A stretch of DNA of 63,762 bases, filler included, from Diploschistes diacapsis (lineage: Eukaryota): the NCBI GenBank assembly GCA_023645945.1. It is 22 parts of 22 records of this genome, joined end to end, with 100 filler letters (N's around TTAATTAATTAA, not from the genome) between each part and the next. Parts side by side here need not be neighbours in the genome. Positions count along the whole stretch, not along the records: positions 19,398 to 38,688 come from JALAIB010000377.1; 21 more parts are not named here. One strand, 5' to 3'. Shown here in pieces: positions 23,542 to 35,513 of this stretch. How positions within the stretch are numbered: position 1 is the stretch's first letter; each line of letters starts with the position of its first letter. A program made the translations under genes and the position numbers. Below the pieces are notes generated by a model. It was not told where the DNA came from and searched no databases. It saw only the letters and a program-made list of their open reading frames with translations.

Positions 23542-25217
23542 CTACATGACATATAAGAGTCTGGTATCTGCAAATGAGTCAGTAATTTGTTCTGGGCAAA
23601 CGATCAACACACTGTACCCAGAGGATGACTGCAGCTAAGCTGCGGCTTTTGGGTATATTTCGTGGACAGCTCGTCGCGAATACTGTTCAGCAGCTGCACG
23701 TAGCTCTGCTGAGGATTCTTCTTCAGAGCTGTAATAAACGCCCAGGACATGGCTCCTGTGGACTGGCCGGCGATATTTGCATCTTGTCTATGGTGAAGCC
23801 CATTAGCTGAGGACCTTCCCATTTAGTCGCCTCTGGAGGCTTACGATGTCTGATCATCCTTGCTTCCGCTCCACATGATGACATCGGCAGGACTGGTCTT
23901 GGTCCTCCTTGCCCGTTCGAAATTGGCATCGCCAGTAGTGGCCCGCCGGAAGAAGTTCATAGCCGTATCCGCAATGCCAGACATATCGCCTCTGGCGTAG
24001 GCAGAAACAATGCCAAGCAGGCCTTGTCCGGCTTCCTTGGCAAGGTTGGGTTCCTTGAGCACACCAGAGGTAGAGTAGATGTAAGGAAGATCCAGCGCAG
24101 AGCCGGAGTGACACGAGTCAAAGATTGCAGTCAGTCGCACACCAGGCTGCAGGGACTGTACCATTATGCGGTGCATGTCGTCGTCGACAATGTGGCTTGT
24201 AGTTCTGAAATCGACAGGGTATATGACTTCGTCGTAGCCGTCGTCTTCGTCACCGTCCAAGTCAGGGGTCTGACCTCCATGACCTTCAGTCCCTTGTCAG
24301 CTACAGACTATTGTATGCAGCCGGATGTGCTCACCGGAGTAATGGAAGAACAACGAATCGTTGGGCTTAGCATCCTTGACTAGCCAATGCATGGCGCGTA
24401 GTATGTTCGCTTTCGTCGGCTGGCTCATTGGATTCTGCTGATCATCTGTCAGGATGACCATGTCTTCCCGTGCATAGCCAAAGTTCTGGTTCAAATAAGT
24501 GCTCATGTTCTTGACGTCGTTAATACATCCTCTTAACTGTCCACGCTGGCCGAAATAATTGATGCCTATCAGCAGTGCTTTCCTTCTTCCAGTGCAGTTA
24601 CTGTACTGGAAGCTGTAATCGGGGGGAGCTCCACCACCAAATTGGTGATTTCCTGAAGGTGGAGGCGGTGGTGCGTTTGGGTTGCCGGCAACGTAACTAT
24701 TCTGATTTACTGTCGCAATACCTGTATGGCATTAGAGCATCCCAGTAGCGATATTTGAAGCGTACCTGGTCTCCCATTAAACATGGGACCTCCATCCGGC
24801 GCTGGGGGCCCTGGCGGCCCACCATAACCGCCGTAACCTTGCTGGGGAGGAGGAGGAGGCTGTTGCTATAAGCGGAAGTCGTCCAGCAGTGTAGCATCAC
24901 TCACCTGGCCATAAGGTCCTCCATAAGGTCCTGGAGAATTGTAGCCGCCGTAAGGTCCTTGAGGTTGCGGAGAGCCTTGCGGTGGTGGGTAACCATTGTA
25001 TCCTTGAGGCCTGCAGACATCAGCAAGATACAAGAGCCACGGGGCAAGAGCCACGGGGGCGTGAAGACTCTCACGGTCCGAATTGTTGCTGAGGTGGACC
25101 ATAGCCAGGTCCAGGAGGACCGTAGTTGGCTTGCGGTGGGCCGCCATAGTTGGCTTGCGATCCGTATCCTCCGCCATGCTGTTGGGAGCCCCAACCTGCT
25201 TGGCCTGGAAAAGCCAT
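23542..25217 (-). CDS. MCA1: Type I metacaspase with P/G/Q/Y-rich prodomain
   Basis: [36 protein letters not shown] catalytic motifs, [10 protein letters not shown]; several introns; start MAFPGQAGW at 25217. Confidence 0.93.
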
Positions 25218-26203
25218 GATGCAGAATAAGATGGGGTGAAGTTCAGAAGCGTGCTAGGAGTATAGGAAGTTGAGTCGAGATTTAGGAGGTTCAGAAATCC
25301 GAAGTCAAATAAAAGCGCCAAAGCGGATGCTTTCGCTTCGCGGGGTACCGCCTCGTCAGACTCCCGTTAGAGACAATGGATGATCATTGCTGCAAAAGCG
25401 TTAACAGATGAGGGTTGACTTTAAATCCTCGCTTTCAAGAATACACTGTATGTTGCTAATACTGGCTGCGCATTGCTCTCGAGTCTGTGTAGTATACTCT
25501 ATGGGATTTTGGCCGGCCCCTCTACTCCAAAAGCTTCTCAGCTCAGTCGCCAAAAAGCCTATTTCTGGCCGCAGTGCCAATTAGTGGCTGCCCTCGCACT
25601 CTCTATTCGTCGCACTTTTGCTCCAAGATGCCGGAAATAGTTAAGGGTGCAGATATACCATGGGTTCAGGGTGTCAGTTAGACCTTCACTCGCGGAGACA
25701 GCCGCCTTGAGGTCAAATATTGCAGGCTTGGTGCTTTGCATGGGGGGTCGCGCAGACCGCTCGATAGTGATTAATGAACAGAAACTGCATGGCGTAAGCG
25801 CCACAGACCGTTGACGAGCACTCATCAAGCTTTCGGCTTGCCCACGTGGTGCACATGGAAGGGAGAACTCAGATCGTTATACACTGCTAGCTTTGACTAC
25901 CTTTGGCTTTTGCAACGCTTTAAGCAGGATAGGGCTAATCGTTTCGATGCGTTTGGATGCGATTTGTGTTATGAAATAGTATATATACATGCATCCCATA
26001 CGTTTCCATCAACGCTTGTGGCCTAACCATCAGTGGTATCACAGGAAACAAAACATCATATCTGTCAATAGATCATCTCCGCTCTTTCTAAATCGCCAAG
26101 ACATGGGTCAAATGCTATTGTGTTCACCTTGGGGTTGCTTGGTTTCGGGAACTGTGTCGAGCCTCTGCCTGGGAGTCTGCATACGATGGAGGAGCAGGAG
26201 CAG

Positions 26204-28690
26204 TCATTGCTGGCAGTTCAAAGAACCCAGCCATTTGGAATCTCCAGACCGTGCAGCCTCGGCGGTAAGGTTCACATACTCGTACGTGTGTCCGGTGGCA
26301 GCCGTGTACGGAGCTGCATATGCAGAACTCCCAAACCCCGGATGGGGCGCTGCAAGGTAGTTAAGGCTCGCCGCCGAGCTCTCTGTGGGTATAGACGTAT
26401 AGTGGTTGGTGATGAGTGCACTCCTGTCCCTTGCGCCCTCCGCGAGTTTTGGCGTATCGAAAACCACATTATATGCCGCGCTGCATCTCGGTTATCTGGT
26501 CGGTTTTCACGAACAGCGAGGGCTGCTGGGGATTCTTTATACCTATTGAGCAGTTTCGCTTTCGGATCTGCACCGTACTCCAACAAGAGTTTGGTTATTT
26601 CCAAGCCATTTCTGCACGCAGCGATATGCAGAGCGGTCATGAAGGCTTTCGAAGTCGCGGAATTGGGATTTGCGCCTTTGCGTAGTAGAAGCTGGGTCAG
26701 TCTGGGATTCTCAGAATTCGCAGCGAGCATCAGTGATGAAGTTCCATCCTCTCGGTTCGCATTTACCATTGCACCATGATCCAAAAGAATATTGGCAATA
26801 TCGTATAGAGCGTTGCAGCAAGCATAATGGAGCGGCGTGGATGCAAGATTCATTGAAGCTTCTACTATGTCCGTGTTTGTGGACTTCGCATTTGGTTTCA
26901 GATGTGGAAGTTCAGTGAAGACATTGACCTGACATCCGACTTCAATCAAGCTCGAGCCACTCGGGAGTTATCCTTCGGACACGCGAGATGAAGAGGACGT
27001 TCGCCGCGGTTGTTTTTACCTTCAGATCTTCGAGGGTTGACAACAGCACCTCCAAAATTTCGAGATGACCTTTGCGTGCAGTAGTCGCCCTTACTATCCT
27101 GCTGACGCTTGTTGGCACCGTTTTCTAGTAGAACTTTGACTATAAGTTTCTGAGTTGATTTCGGCAGCACGCATTAATGGTGTCACCCCAGCGTTATCTG
27201 TCATGTTGACATATTTCAATATTTCAATCGGAAACTTGACGCAGTCCAGCCTTTGCCTTTACATTGAAAGCTTATACTCTATACCGGTATCTTTTCGCTT
27301 AAGAGCTTCTTCATCGCCTCGAGATGAATTTGGGTCTCTGCGTTTGGGCCGAGAACCGCTAGGATCTGTGCTTTTGAGCCCTTGTCCTTTGTCGCTCTCG
27401 CTATAAAGGTCGGAGAAGTCACAGACATGCCAAGATCCTTGGCTTGATGGTAAACTCTTTCAGTCCAAGTTGGTGTCTGCAGGAGCTGTGAAAGGCAACT
27501 GCTCTTCCTTTGGAATGGTATGCTGATGTAAGAGTAATACAGGGCTAGGAGGTGACTGATAGAAAAGAAGAAAGCTTCAGGTCAAACTATAATACCTAAC
27601 GCAGACTCCATTCGGTTTGTCTGGAAGATAAGCCATTTGTAAGCTCACATCTTTCACCAGTGCAGAAGCGTAAATCACCACTGCCTTTTGTCGATCGCCT
27701 CACCAGAATTCGTTCAATCAGGTCCATAAGAATTTATACCCGGTGTTTCTGCATCAAGCAATTGCCGAGCAGTCCTTTCCGTGAAATTTGGACCCTCCTT
27801 CTCTAAAGTGCCTGGGCTTCATTCTCTGAGTCCGAATCTGAATCCAAAGTCGGCGTCGCCTCGCCCAGGAACGACATACCTGGAAATGGAACGCTGATAT
27901 TCTGGGCGATAATGGTGTCCCTGTCACAACTTTTATGTCGCACATGTTGAGCAGGTCCTAGTGTCTTGAGTGTCGAAGCGGAACTTGTTCGATCGAGAAA
28001 GTTACGTATCATCCGTTTATATCGCTCTGGATGGTATTTCCAATAAACTTTGGACCTCAATATGATTGAATCAACATCCAGCGTCACTGAATGGTCTTCT
28101 GAAAAGATGGAAGCAGCACCTTCTATATCATTCTCTTCATAGTTCAAAGAAATGTTACTTTCTCGGCCAGCATCAAAAACGTTTCCAGTACCTGTCCGCT
28201 GAAGTGCCTCGGTTGGCTCGGTCATGGTTCAACTGGAAAGACTTATCAGCATGAAGACTAAACAATTGATTGATCATTGAAACACCGTAAGAAGAAGGTG
28301 CAGAGCGCTGACCAGCTGTCCAAGTTGCCGGCGAGATCTTGAAGACTTGATTCAAGTGGACGAAACGCCCTCTGTCGTAGATGGAGGGGTTGGTGAGGTC
28401 CATCTCTCCGACTTTTCGCTCCATGACCGTAACAAGCACGGCGCAGCTCTCGACGATCAGACTAAGATCTCGGCCTAACTGCAACGAGCCGTAGCCAGAG
28501 CGTGTGGCTTCTGACTCCATTGCTGGATTGCCTGCAACGCTGCTTTTACCGTATATAGGGAGCTTGGAACCAGAGTAACATTCAAGGAGTGGTTCCCGTA
28601 TCATTCTTTCACGGTTGTAAGTTTCGCAGCCAGGACAGAGAAATTCCCTATAACGCCCAAGGTACTACTCACCCCTCCTATAACTTCCAT
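26204..28690 (-). pseudogene. Decayed HeLo-like N-terminal domain plus ankyrin-repeat protein
   Basis: MEVIGGVSSTLGVIG...KE*YG...KAALQAIQQW then LGRDLSLIVESCAVL; DSIILRSKVY; about 6 ankyrin repeats (TPLMRA, RPLHLA, TPLHYA, TALHIA) spread over several frames with stops. Confidence 0.7.
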
Positions 28691-29377
28691 GGTGGAAGCG
28701 TATGGCATATAAATGTCACATCACTTCAAGATCTGTTGCGACCTCAAATAGACTTGGCTTGTCTAATAGGGGCTGTCTCGGGATTATTCATCCTTTAGCA
28801 ATCGCAATAGTTTGCAAACCAGTGGGCAGAAGAGGCAGCGAGGCCAGTCCGACAACTTGAACTCGAGGCTGCTTGGGCCGCATCATACAATTCAAGGTTA
28901 TCTCAAAGTGTTAAGTACGTGTTTCCAGCTCTGTCTTTTGATGTCTGGTTTAAAGACACTTGTAGGAATAAAAACGCAACAAGAAATGACAGGCAACCTG
29001 GAAAAACCTTACCCATAAGAAGAAAACGAGCGAAAGAACTCCGTAGGGCTGACATCACGTTCCTTGCGCGATGAAGGAACAGCTCCGCACTGCTGCCTCC
29101 GTACTCGAGTGAACATCACTACTAATACATGTAGATATCCTCATCATCAACTCTAGAGTATTAACAGATCGGCTGCTTTCAAGCACTTACGCGACATCTG
29201 GGCTCCACGGGGTTGAAGTGTATTTGTTTTTCAGGTTCCAAGCAAGCTCCAAACACCATCCGAGCTCCACCCATAACCGCGGTCGCGAATTCCTTAAGCT
29301 TTCCTTATCCACCACGAAATCTTGCAACAAAGATGCGGAAACGAACACACGTTACAGCACTGATACTCTGAAATAGA

Positions 29378-32300
29378 ATGGATAACCCCCCGAGACCGCG
29401 AATAACTCGGGAGCACTCCAAAGTGCCAGGCGGCTTCGACACAGATGATGAGCATTCGCCTACGAAGTCAAGTTATGACGAAGTGGATTTCGGGGTTCAG
29501 GAGGAGCAGATTGATCCAAGGGCTTTTAATGGGTCGAGCAGTCCCCAAGAACATCATGATAAACAGCAGCAAGAGGGGTTCGGAAACAATGGAGCCATAT
29601 TGGATGAGGGGGAAATGAACAGGCAGCTACTTGACGTGGAATCAAGCTTCCTGCCGAATCCATCTCCTCAGACGCTCAAAGATGTCAAGACGAGCCAGAA
29701 TTTCCAGCCTGGCACATCCTTCATTCAGGAAAGCTCAAGCATCGCCGACACTCCTAACAGTTCCTACAAGACTCCAGGGACGACCAAAAACAGCTTCGAC
29801 CTCGAAGAGTCTGCCACTGGTGACCATGCTAACACGTCGAGCTTGGAGACGATGTCATCGTCTCCTACAGCTGCAGCTGCTGCTCGTACAGTGTCGCGCG
29901 TGGTGTCAATGGCTTCGATGGACGGTTACGAGACGGCTGTGGAAGGGGGCTTCACTGACATTAACCGAAATGAGAATCCACTAGAGGGTGAACCTACGCC
30001 CAACAAAGCAAGAGATGAAGAAGCCCAGAATTCCGACGACTATTCGCCAACACCACGGACTTCTCCTTCCCGTGATCCCAGCACCAAAAGCACCGTGGCA
30101 TCGTTGCAATTGAACCCGAAGACCCCAAAAGGCTCGCGCAGACGTCCAAAATATCTCAGCAGTCGACATGCCAGCCAGCGGTCCTCCTACTCTTCCAACA
30201 CCACGTCTGCTTCTGCCGAAGGATCAAATGATCTGGGGGCTGAATATGCACTTCAGACTGGGGGCGGAACCCCTCTCGGCAGTTCGTCTACTAGCAGACC
30301 AGCCGACGCGCTTTCACGGTCGATCAGCTTGGGCAGTATGGCATCCGGCATATCTAGGCTAGATGAAGATGAGGAGATATCCAGAGGCGTCGCCAATACC
30401 AGCTTCGATCTTCACCCTCTGCTAGAAGAAGGTTCCCCTCAATCGAGTATCCTGACAAGCAGGCAAGATTCCGCGCGAGACGTGGGGCCACAGACTCCCA
30501 GGGCTTCGACCATGACACCCGAAACATTGACTGATACCGTAATCAATCAACATGTCAGGAACCTCGAAATCCCAGGCACGGTAGCGCGTAACTTTCTGTC
30601 AAATGATGGCACTGAGCGAAGTGAATCTCCCGGCAAACGGTCGAGCTTAGTTACGCCCTCTGTAGGCCGTGTCAAAAACCTCACGCTCAAGGAACAAAGC
30701 GGTCTTATCGACAGATTGCAGAAGGAGAACTGGAAGCTCAAGCTTAAAGTCTACTTCATGGACCAAATGCTGAACGAGCGTTCAGATGAGGCTGTCAAAG
30801 CAATGATCTCCGAGAATGTAGAGTTGAAGACGTTCAAGTTCAGCGCTACTAAAGAAGTTCGAGGACAAAAGCGACTGATTAAGGAGCTCGAGGCTAAGCT
30901 AAGGGAACGAGACGAAAGATTAGCTAGTCAAGCTAGCACTATACAAAGTAACCTGAGGCAGTCGAGCTATACTGGACATTCTCAACAGTCTTTCGAGCTT
31001 GAATCTGAGGTCACTTATCTTCGCGAGAAAGTCGAGTCGTACCAGGTCGACCTTGAAAGATTGCGAGCGGACAATGCCGTCAAGGAGGGCGAAAAGAGAC
31101 GGCTTGCGGAGATGGTCCGATCTGCAGGTGATCGGAGCAATTTAGGCAGCGACATTGAAACACGCGAGGAAGTCGCTGTGTGGAAAGATCTGCTTGAGGC
31201 GGAGACTGGTCGCAGGGAGCAGACAGAAGATGAGAATAGAAGATTGCAGGAAGAGCTATGGCGCCTGAAAGCTGAGGGCATGTCATCTGCGTCTGCCCAT
31301 CACTCATATCTCCCTCCTTCAAGAATCGGAAAGTATTCAACGCCGTCTGCGGCGGACTCCGGTACCAATGGGATCAGTAAATCCAGCTCTACCTTGGTGG
31401 AGCACCTGAGACAGGAAAATACCGAGCTCCGGAGAGATTTGGGCGCTCAGGCTTCCATGTTAACATCGCGAAATCGGGAAAAGGAGAAGCTCTACCAAGA
31501 GATTGAAGAGCTAAAGATTGGTCAGCGACGAGATGGAAGACGTTCTGTCGGGGACAGCGTACTCGAAAGGTCTATATCTCGTGCTCATGGGAGAACAGCA
31601 TCGCGAGCTTCAAGCCAAAGCCGCGTCACTCCGATTGAAGACGCCGAGCGGGACGCTTACGAGACCGCCAATGGAGAGCTACGTGATCGCGTCGCAGAAC
31701 TCAAGCTGGAAAATCAAGAACTCGCTGATCATCTGGATAATGTGCTCGACGAGTTGGAAAACCTCACCAAGACGCAAGAAGATCTCGACAAACTAAAACA
31801 AATGTATGAAGATCTTACTGAGCAGACAAATCAAGAGGTACTTGGTATGCAGAGCGAGCGAGACGAAGCTTTGCAACTACATGAGGAATCCGAGCAGAGC
31901 TTCCAAGACTTGAGAGCAGAGGCGCAGGAGAGGATCAATGCGCTTGAGGACGAGCTAGATCAAAATTCGGAGACGATCAAGCAACTCGAACAAGAGCTTG
32001 CCCAACGCGATGAGGAATCTAAAGCCTTGCGCAACGAAGTTCGAATGACAAGCGAAGGCCTGGACAAGGTCGAAGCAGATGTTCAGGCTAAGATTCGACG
32101 GATCAAAGAACTCGAGCTGGAGAACGAGGACATCAACCGAGAACTCGAAAACATTGAAAACTCTTTGATCGAAGCTAATGGGAAGAGCGAGAAGCTCTCA
32201 ATAGAACTGGAATCGCGGCAAAGCGAATGCGCATTCTTAAGGGAGGAACAAGACGGCTTCGTACTCAAGATTGGGGACCTCGAGGGCGCTCTTAAGGGTG

Positions 32301-33790
32301 CACAAGCGAGTCTGAAGAGTGAGAAAGATCGTACTAAAGACCTCGACGCTCGGCTTGCAGAAGAGCGGCACCAACGAGAAGTAATCGGCTCCAAAGAGAA
32401 GCAGGAGGTGCAGAAGATCATCAACGATCTCAACCGCGAAGCTACCGGAGCAAAGGACGAAGCAAGAGGCCTCAAAAAAGATCTGGAGACTCGCGAGGGC
32501 GAGGTTGCTGCATGGAAAGAACGCCTGGCAGAGCTTGAGGAAGGGTTGCAAGAAGTTCTTGGCGAGAAGAAGGGATCAAAGGCGAACTATATTTTCGTAA
32601 GTCGGTGTGGGCGCTTCAGTTGCATATTGCTAATCTACATGCAGGCAATCTCCGAAATTCAACGGAATCTTGAAGAGACCATCATGGAACTATCTACCAC
32701 CAGGACTTCTCTATCGGAGAAAGACCGGATCCTCAAGAAACGCGACGCTCTACTCGAAAGCCATGGTCTCGAGTCCAGGAAGCTTTCTGAGCTTCTTGAA
32801 AAGGAGCGCTCAGCCCGCCGCGCTGATATGGCGCAGCAAGAACAATGGCAGAGGACAAGCCAGCACAGTTCGCGTACAATTTCGCAGAAGGACAGTCGCA
32901 TTGCTGAGCTCGAGTCGTCACACCAGACTGATCGCAAGAGATTGGCCACTCTCGAGCAACAGTTCAAGGACCAGTTGACTGATCGCAACAAGCTTCTTTT
33001 GGAGCTTTGGAACAAACTCTCGGTCCTGTGCGGCGACGACTGGGTCAACCAGAACAGCCTAGTAAACAATCACCTACCTACTGTCGATGTGGTCTCGAAT
33101 ATGCTACCCCCCTTCCAAAAGAACCTTCTGCAAGCCGTCAAGACTATTGAAGCTGTCGTTAGCAATTTCCCTCGTCGGGTCAAGAACGTTGAGAATGCGC
33201 TGATCAAAGATTATCAGCAACTCGAGCATAATCTCGATCTGCGCATCCGGCGCCTCGACCGTCTAGAGTCCTCCATACAGCAAGGGCGCGTCTCTGGCGT
33301 AGCAAATGCTGCGCCGGAAATTGCCAAGCTGCGCGGTGAAAATCGGCTGCTGAAGTCTGAGGTAGCTGAACTACACAAACAAGCCCTGATCCGGCAATCA
33401 CGTAACAATGCTGTTTCGATCGAATCCGTTGGGTCCGGCTCATCCCCGGGTACAGGATCGAAGGACGGTTCGTCAAAAGTGGCTCGTGCCGCCGCCGCTT
33501 CGAGTCTGACCCGCCACTACTCAGCAACTGCCGTCGACACTCTACAACGGGACCAGCAGAATGGACGGCCTCCGTCAGAGTCTCACACAGTTCAAAGTCA
33601 GCCGCTCGAGCCGAGCCAGGCTAGGTGGATCCACAGGCTCAAGGACCTTGAGCGCCGACTGAAGGCGGAGAGAGAAGCCCGCCTGCAGGACCGGAAAGGA
33701 GCTAGAGAACGGCTGGAGGAAGGGAGGGCGGAAAACGAGGAATTGAAAAGAGAGCTTGAAAGGGAAAAGGAGAAGAACAGCGAGAAGTAG
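29378..33790 (+). CDS. apsB: MTOC protein ApsB/Mto1 (anucleate primary sterigmata B)
   Basis: CM1 motif LTLKEQSGLIDRLQKENWKLKLKVYFM, long coiled coil, C-terminal RWIHRLKDLERRLKAEREARLQDRKGARERL; 48-nt intron 32597-32644. Confidence 0.88.
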   Translation: MDNPPRPRITREHSKVPGGFDTDDEHSPTKSSYDEVDFGVQEEQIDPRAFNGSSSPQEHHDKQQQEGFGNNGAILDEGEMNRQLLDVESSFLPNPSPQTLKDVKTSQNFQPGTSFIQESSSIADTPNSSYKTPGTTKNSFDLEESATGDHANTSSLETMSSSPTAAAAARTVSRVVSMASMDGYETAVEGGFTDINRNENPLEGEPTPNKARDEEAQNSDDYSPTPRTSPSRDPSTKSTVASLQLNPKTPKGSRRRPKYLSSRHASQRSSYSSNTTSASAEGSNDLGAEYALQTGGGTPLGSSSTSRPADALSRSISLGSMASGISRLDEDEEISRGVANTSFDLHPLLEEGSPQSSILTSRQDSARDVGPQTPRASTMTPETLTDTVINQHVRNLEIPGTVARNFLSNDGTERSESPGKRSSLVTPSVGRVKNLTLKEQSGLIDRLQKENWKLKLKVYFMDQMLNERSDEAVKAMISENVELKTFKFSATKEVRGQKRLIKELEAKLRERDERLASQASTIQSNLRQSSYTGHSQQSFELESEVTYLREKVESYQVDLERLRADNAVKEGEKRRLAEMVRSAGDRSNLGSDIETREEVAVWKDLLEAETGRREQTEDENRRLQEELWRLKAEGMSSASAHHSYLPPSRIGKYSTPSAADSGTNGISKSSSTLVEHLRQENTELRRDLGAQASMLTSRNREKEKLYQEIEELKIGQRRDGRRSVGDSVLERSISRAHGRTASRASSQSRVTPIEDAERDAYETANGELRDRVAELKLENQELADHLDNVLDELENLTKTQEDLDKLKQMYEDLTEQTNQEVLGMQSERDEALQLHEESEQSFQDLRAEAQERINALEDELDQNSETIKQLEQELAQRDEESKALRNEVRMTSEGLDKVEADVQAKIRRIKELELENEDINRELENIENSLIEANGKSEKLSIELESRQSECAFLREEQDGFVLKIGDLEGALKGAQASLKSEKDRTKDLDARLAEERHQREVIGSKEKQEVQKIINDLNREATGAKDEARGLKKDLETREGEVAAWKERLAELEEGLQEVLGEKKGSKANYIFVSRCGRFSCILLIYMQAISEIQRNLEETIMELSTTRTSLSEKDRILKKRDALLESHGLESRKLSELLEKERSARRADMAQQEQWQRTSQHSSRTISQKDSRIAELESSHQTDRKRLATLEQQFKDQLTDRNKLLLELWNKLSVLCGDDWVNQNSLVNNHLPTVDVVSNMLPPFQKNLLQAVKTIEAVVSNFPRRVKNVENALIKDYQQLEHNLDLRIRRLDRLESSIQQGRVSGVANAAPEIAKLRGENRLLKSEVAELHKQALIRQSRNNAVSIESVGSGSSPGTGSKDGSSKVARAAAASSLTRHYSATAVDTLQRDQQNGRPPSESHTVQSQPLEPSQARWIHRLKDLERRLKAEREARLQDRKGARERLEEGRAENEELKRELEREKEKNSEK

Positions 33791-34163
33791 GCATTGAGAC
33801 TCTCCCTCCTAATGAACAACAGCCTTCGAGGCATGATGTCTTCAAATCCTTTCCAGCTTTCGTGTTATTATGATGTGATTACGATTCCATGTCTTGGATC
33901 TGGGATACAAGGTCGAGCGCTCTAGCGCATAAGGGATCGGCCAGTCTTTCTGGCTTGAGTCTAGTGGGGTTTGTAAGGATTAGAACTGTTTGTTCGCTCC
34001 TCGAGGCTCGATATATAGACTGAGTATGGTCTAACACATTTTTGTACTCATAGTTTGTTTGACTTACAGTCTGGTAATCTTGCTGTATAAATTATGTTTT
34101 CCTGCCTATAACGGTGCGATGAATACAACGTTTGTTATGTTTTATATCTATGTCATGATACAT

Positions 34164-35013
34164 TCATTGATCAACATCCGTGCTGTTGCTCAATTCCTTG
34201 AAGCGATCTACATTTTGCTTATAGGTGTCCAGCTTGCCATTGATGGCCTTGAATTCATCGGTACCGACAACACACCTCAAAGAAGGGTCTTTCATGATGG
34301 CAACCTGATGCATAGCATTTGACCCCTTTCTTGGACCTCCAGCTTCTTTCATATGGCGGTCCTCGGCAGCCTTCTTTGCGTTTATGTGGTCGTACGCCGG
34401 CGCTGAGATTTTACCGAAATCCATCGACCGCCCGTTCAATTGGGTGCGCAATCCTCCTGGTTCGACGTTGGTAAGCTGGATACCGCACTCGGGCTTGAGC
34501 TCATGGTATTGGCCTCCATGGCGCCTTCGACAGCCTGCGAGAAATCAGCTTCGGGGAGGATCTCTCTGAATACAGGAGCTACGGACCCATTTCGAGGCAC
34601 AGTACATGCTGAAAGCTGGAACACCCTGTTGGCGGCCGATAGACACAATCTGCTGTATCACGCCTCCAGTCTTCAGATCTCTCATGGTCTATAGCCTTCC
34701 TCGTCACGTTCAGAAGGCCGAAGAAATGGATCTCCATCTACTGCCGTATCTGCTTGTCCGAATAAGACTCGAACACCCCGTTGAAGCCATACCCCGCATT
34801 GCTAACGACTACGTCCACACGGCCAAATGTGTCGACAGTAGCTACGACTTTCCTGTCAAATGGAGAGCGACGGCGAGGTAGTTCTTGGAGTTGGTGCCCT
34901 TAAATAAGAGCTTGGACGGGTTCCGGGGCGACGGCAACCTTTCTAACATTCTCGGCGCCAAGGCCAGTGGAGGTGCCTGTGATAAGAAAGACTCTGGGTG
35001 CGACATTAATCAT
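34164..35013 (-). pseudogene. Short-chain dehydrogenase/reductase pseudogene
   Basis: VFLITGTSTGLG, GRVDVVVSNAGYG, YCASKW, VEPGGLRT motifs broken by an in-frame TAG (IRQ*MEI), a deletion and frameshifts. Confidence 0.85.
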
Positions 35014-35513
35014 TTGAAGTGGGAAAAGTCAAAAGTTCCGTGAACAGGGCAGTGTATTGCAATGGGCATTAAAAGAAAATAGCCCTTACCAGCTGGGTTT
35101 TGAAGTGGGTATCTATTATCCAGTGATCGAACTCTTCCACTACTGACGTTAATCTGTACCTCATCGTGTTGAGCGATCTGTCTTCTATATTGCGGGATTG
35201 TTCTTTTGCCTGAGGCGAATTACGTCCTAGGTACACTCAAGGCATTTGTTGCTTTTGGGCACACTTAACGCTCCAAGATCCTAGTCATAACTAAAAGGCA
35301 TGGGCATACGCTTCTACAATTTCCAAGCGCCTGGCAGCGTTCGATTGGTGATGAGACTGCTGGCTGGAAATTGCCGTTCCGAATGCTTTCTTCTACTTCT
35401 GTGTATACAGCAACAATTAGTATATTGTGTTGCACTACAGTCACCACATTGAAGCATGCTACAAGGTCTTCCACAAAGGTTTAAATGCAGGCACTCTAAA
35501 TCTATATACAACT

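Noticed and set aside
34390..34430. GCTGAGATT resembling a TPP riboswitch
   Set aside because: Rest of the aptamer is absent and it lies antisense within the SDR pseudogene
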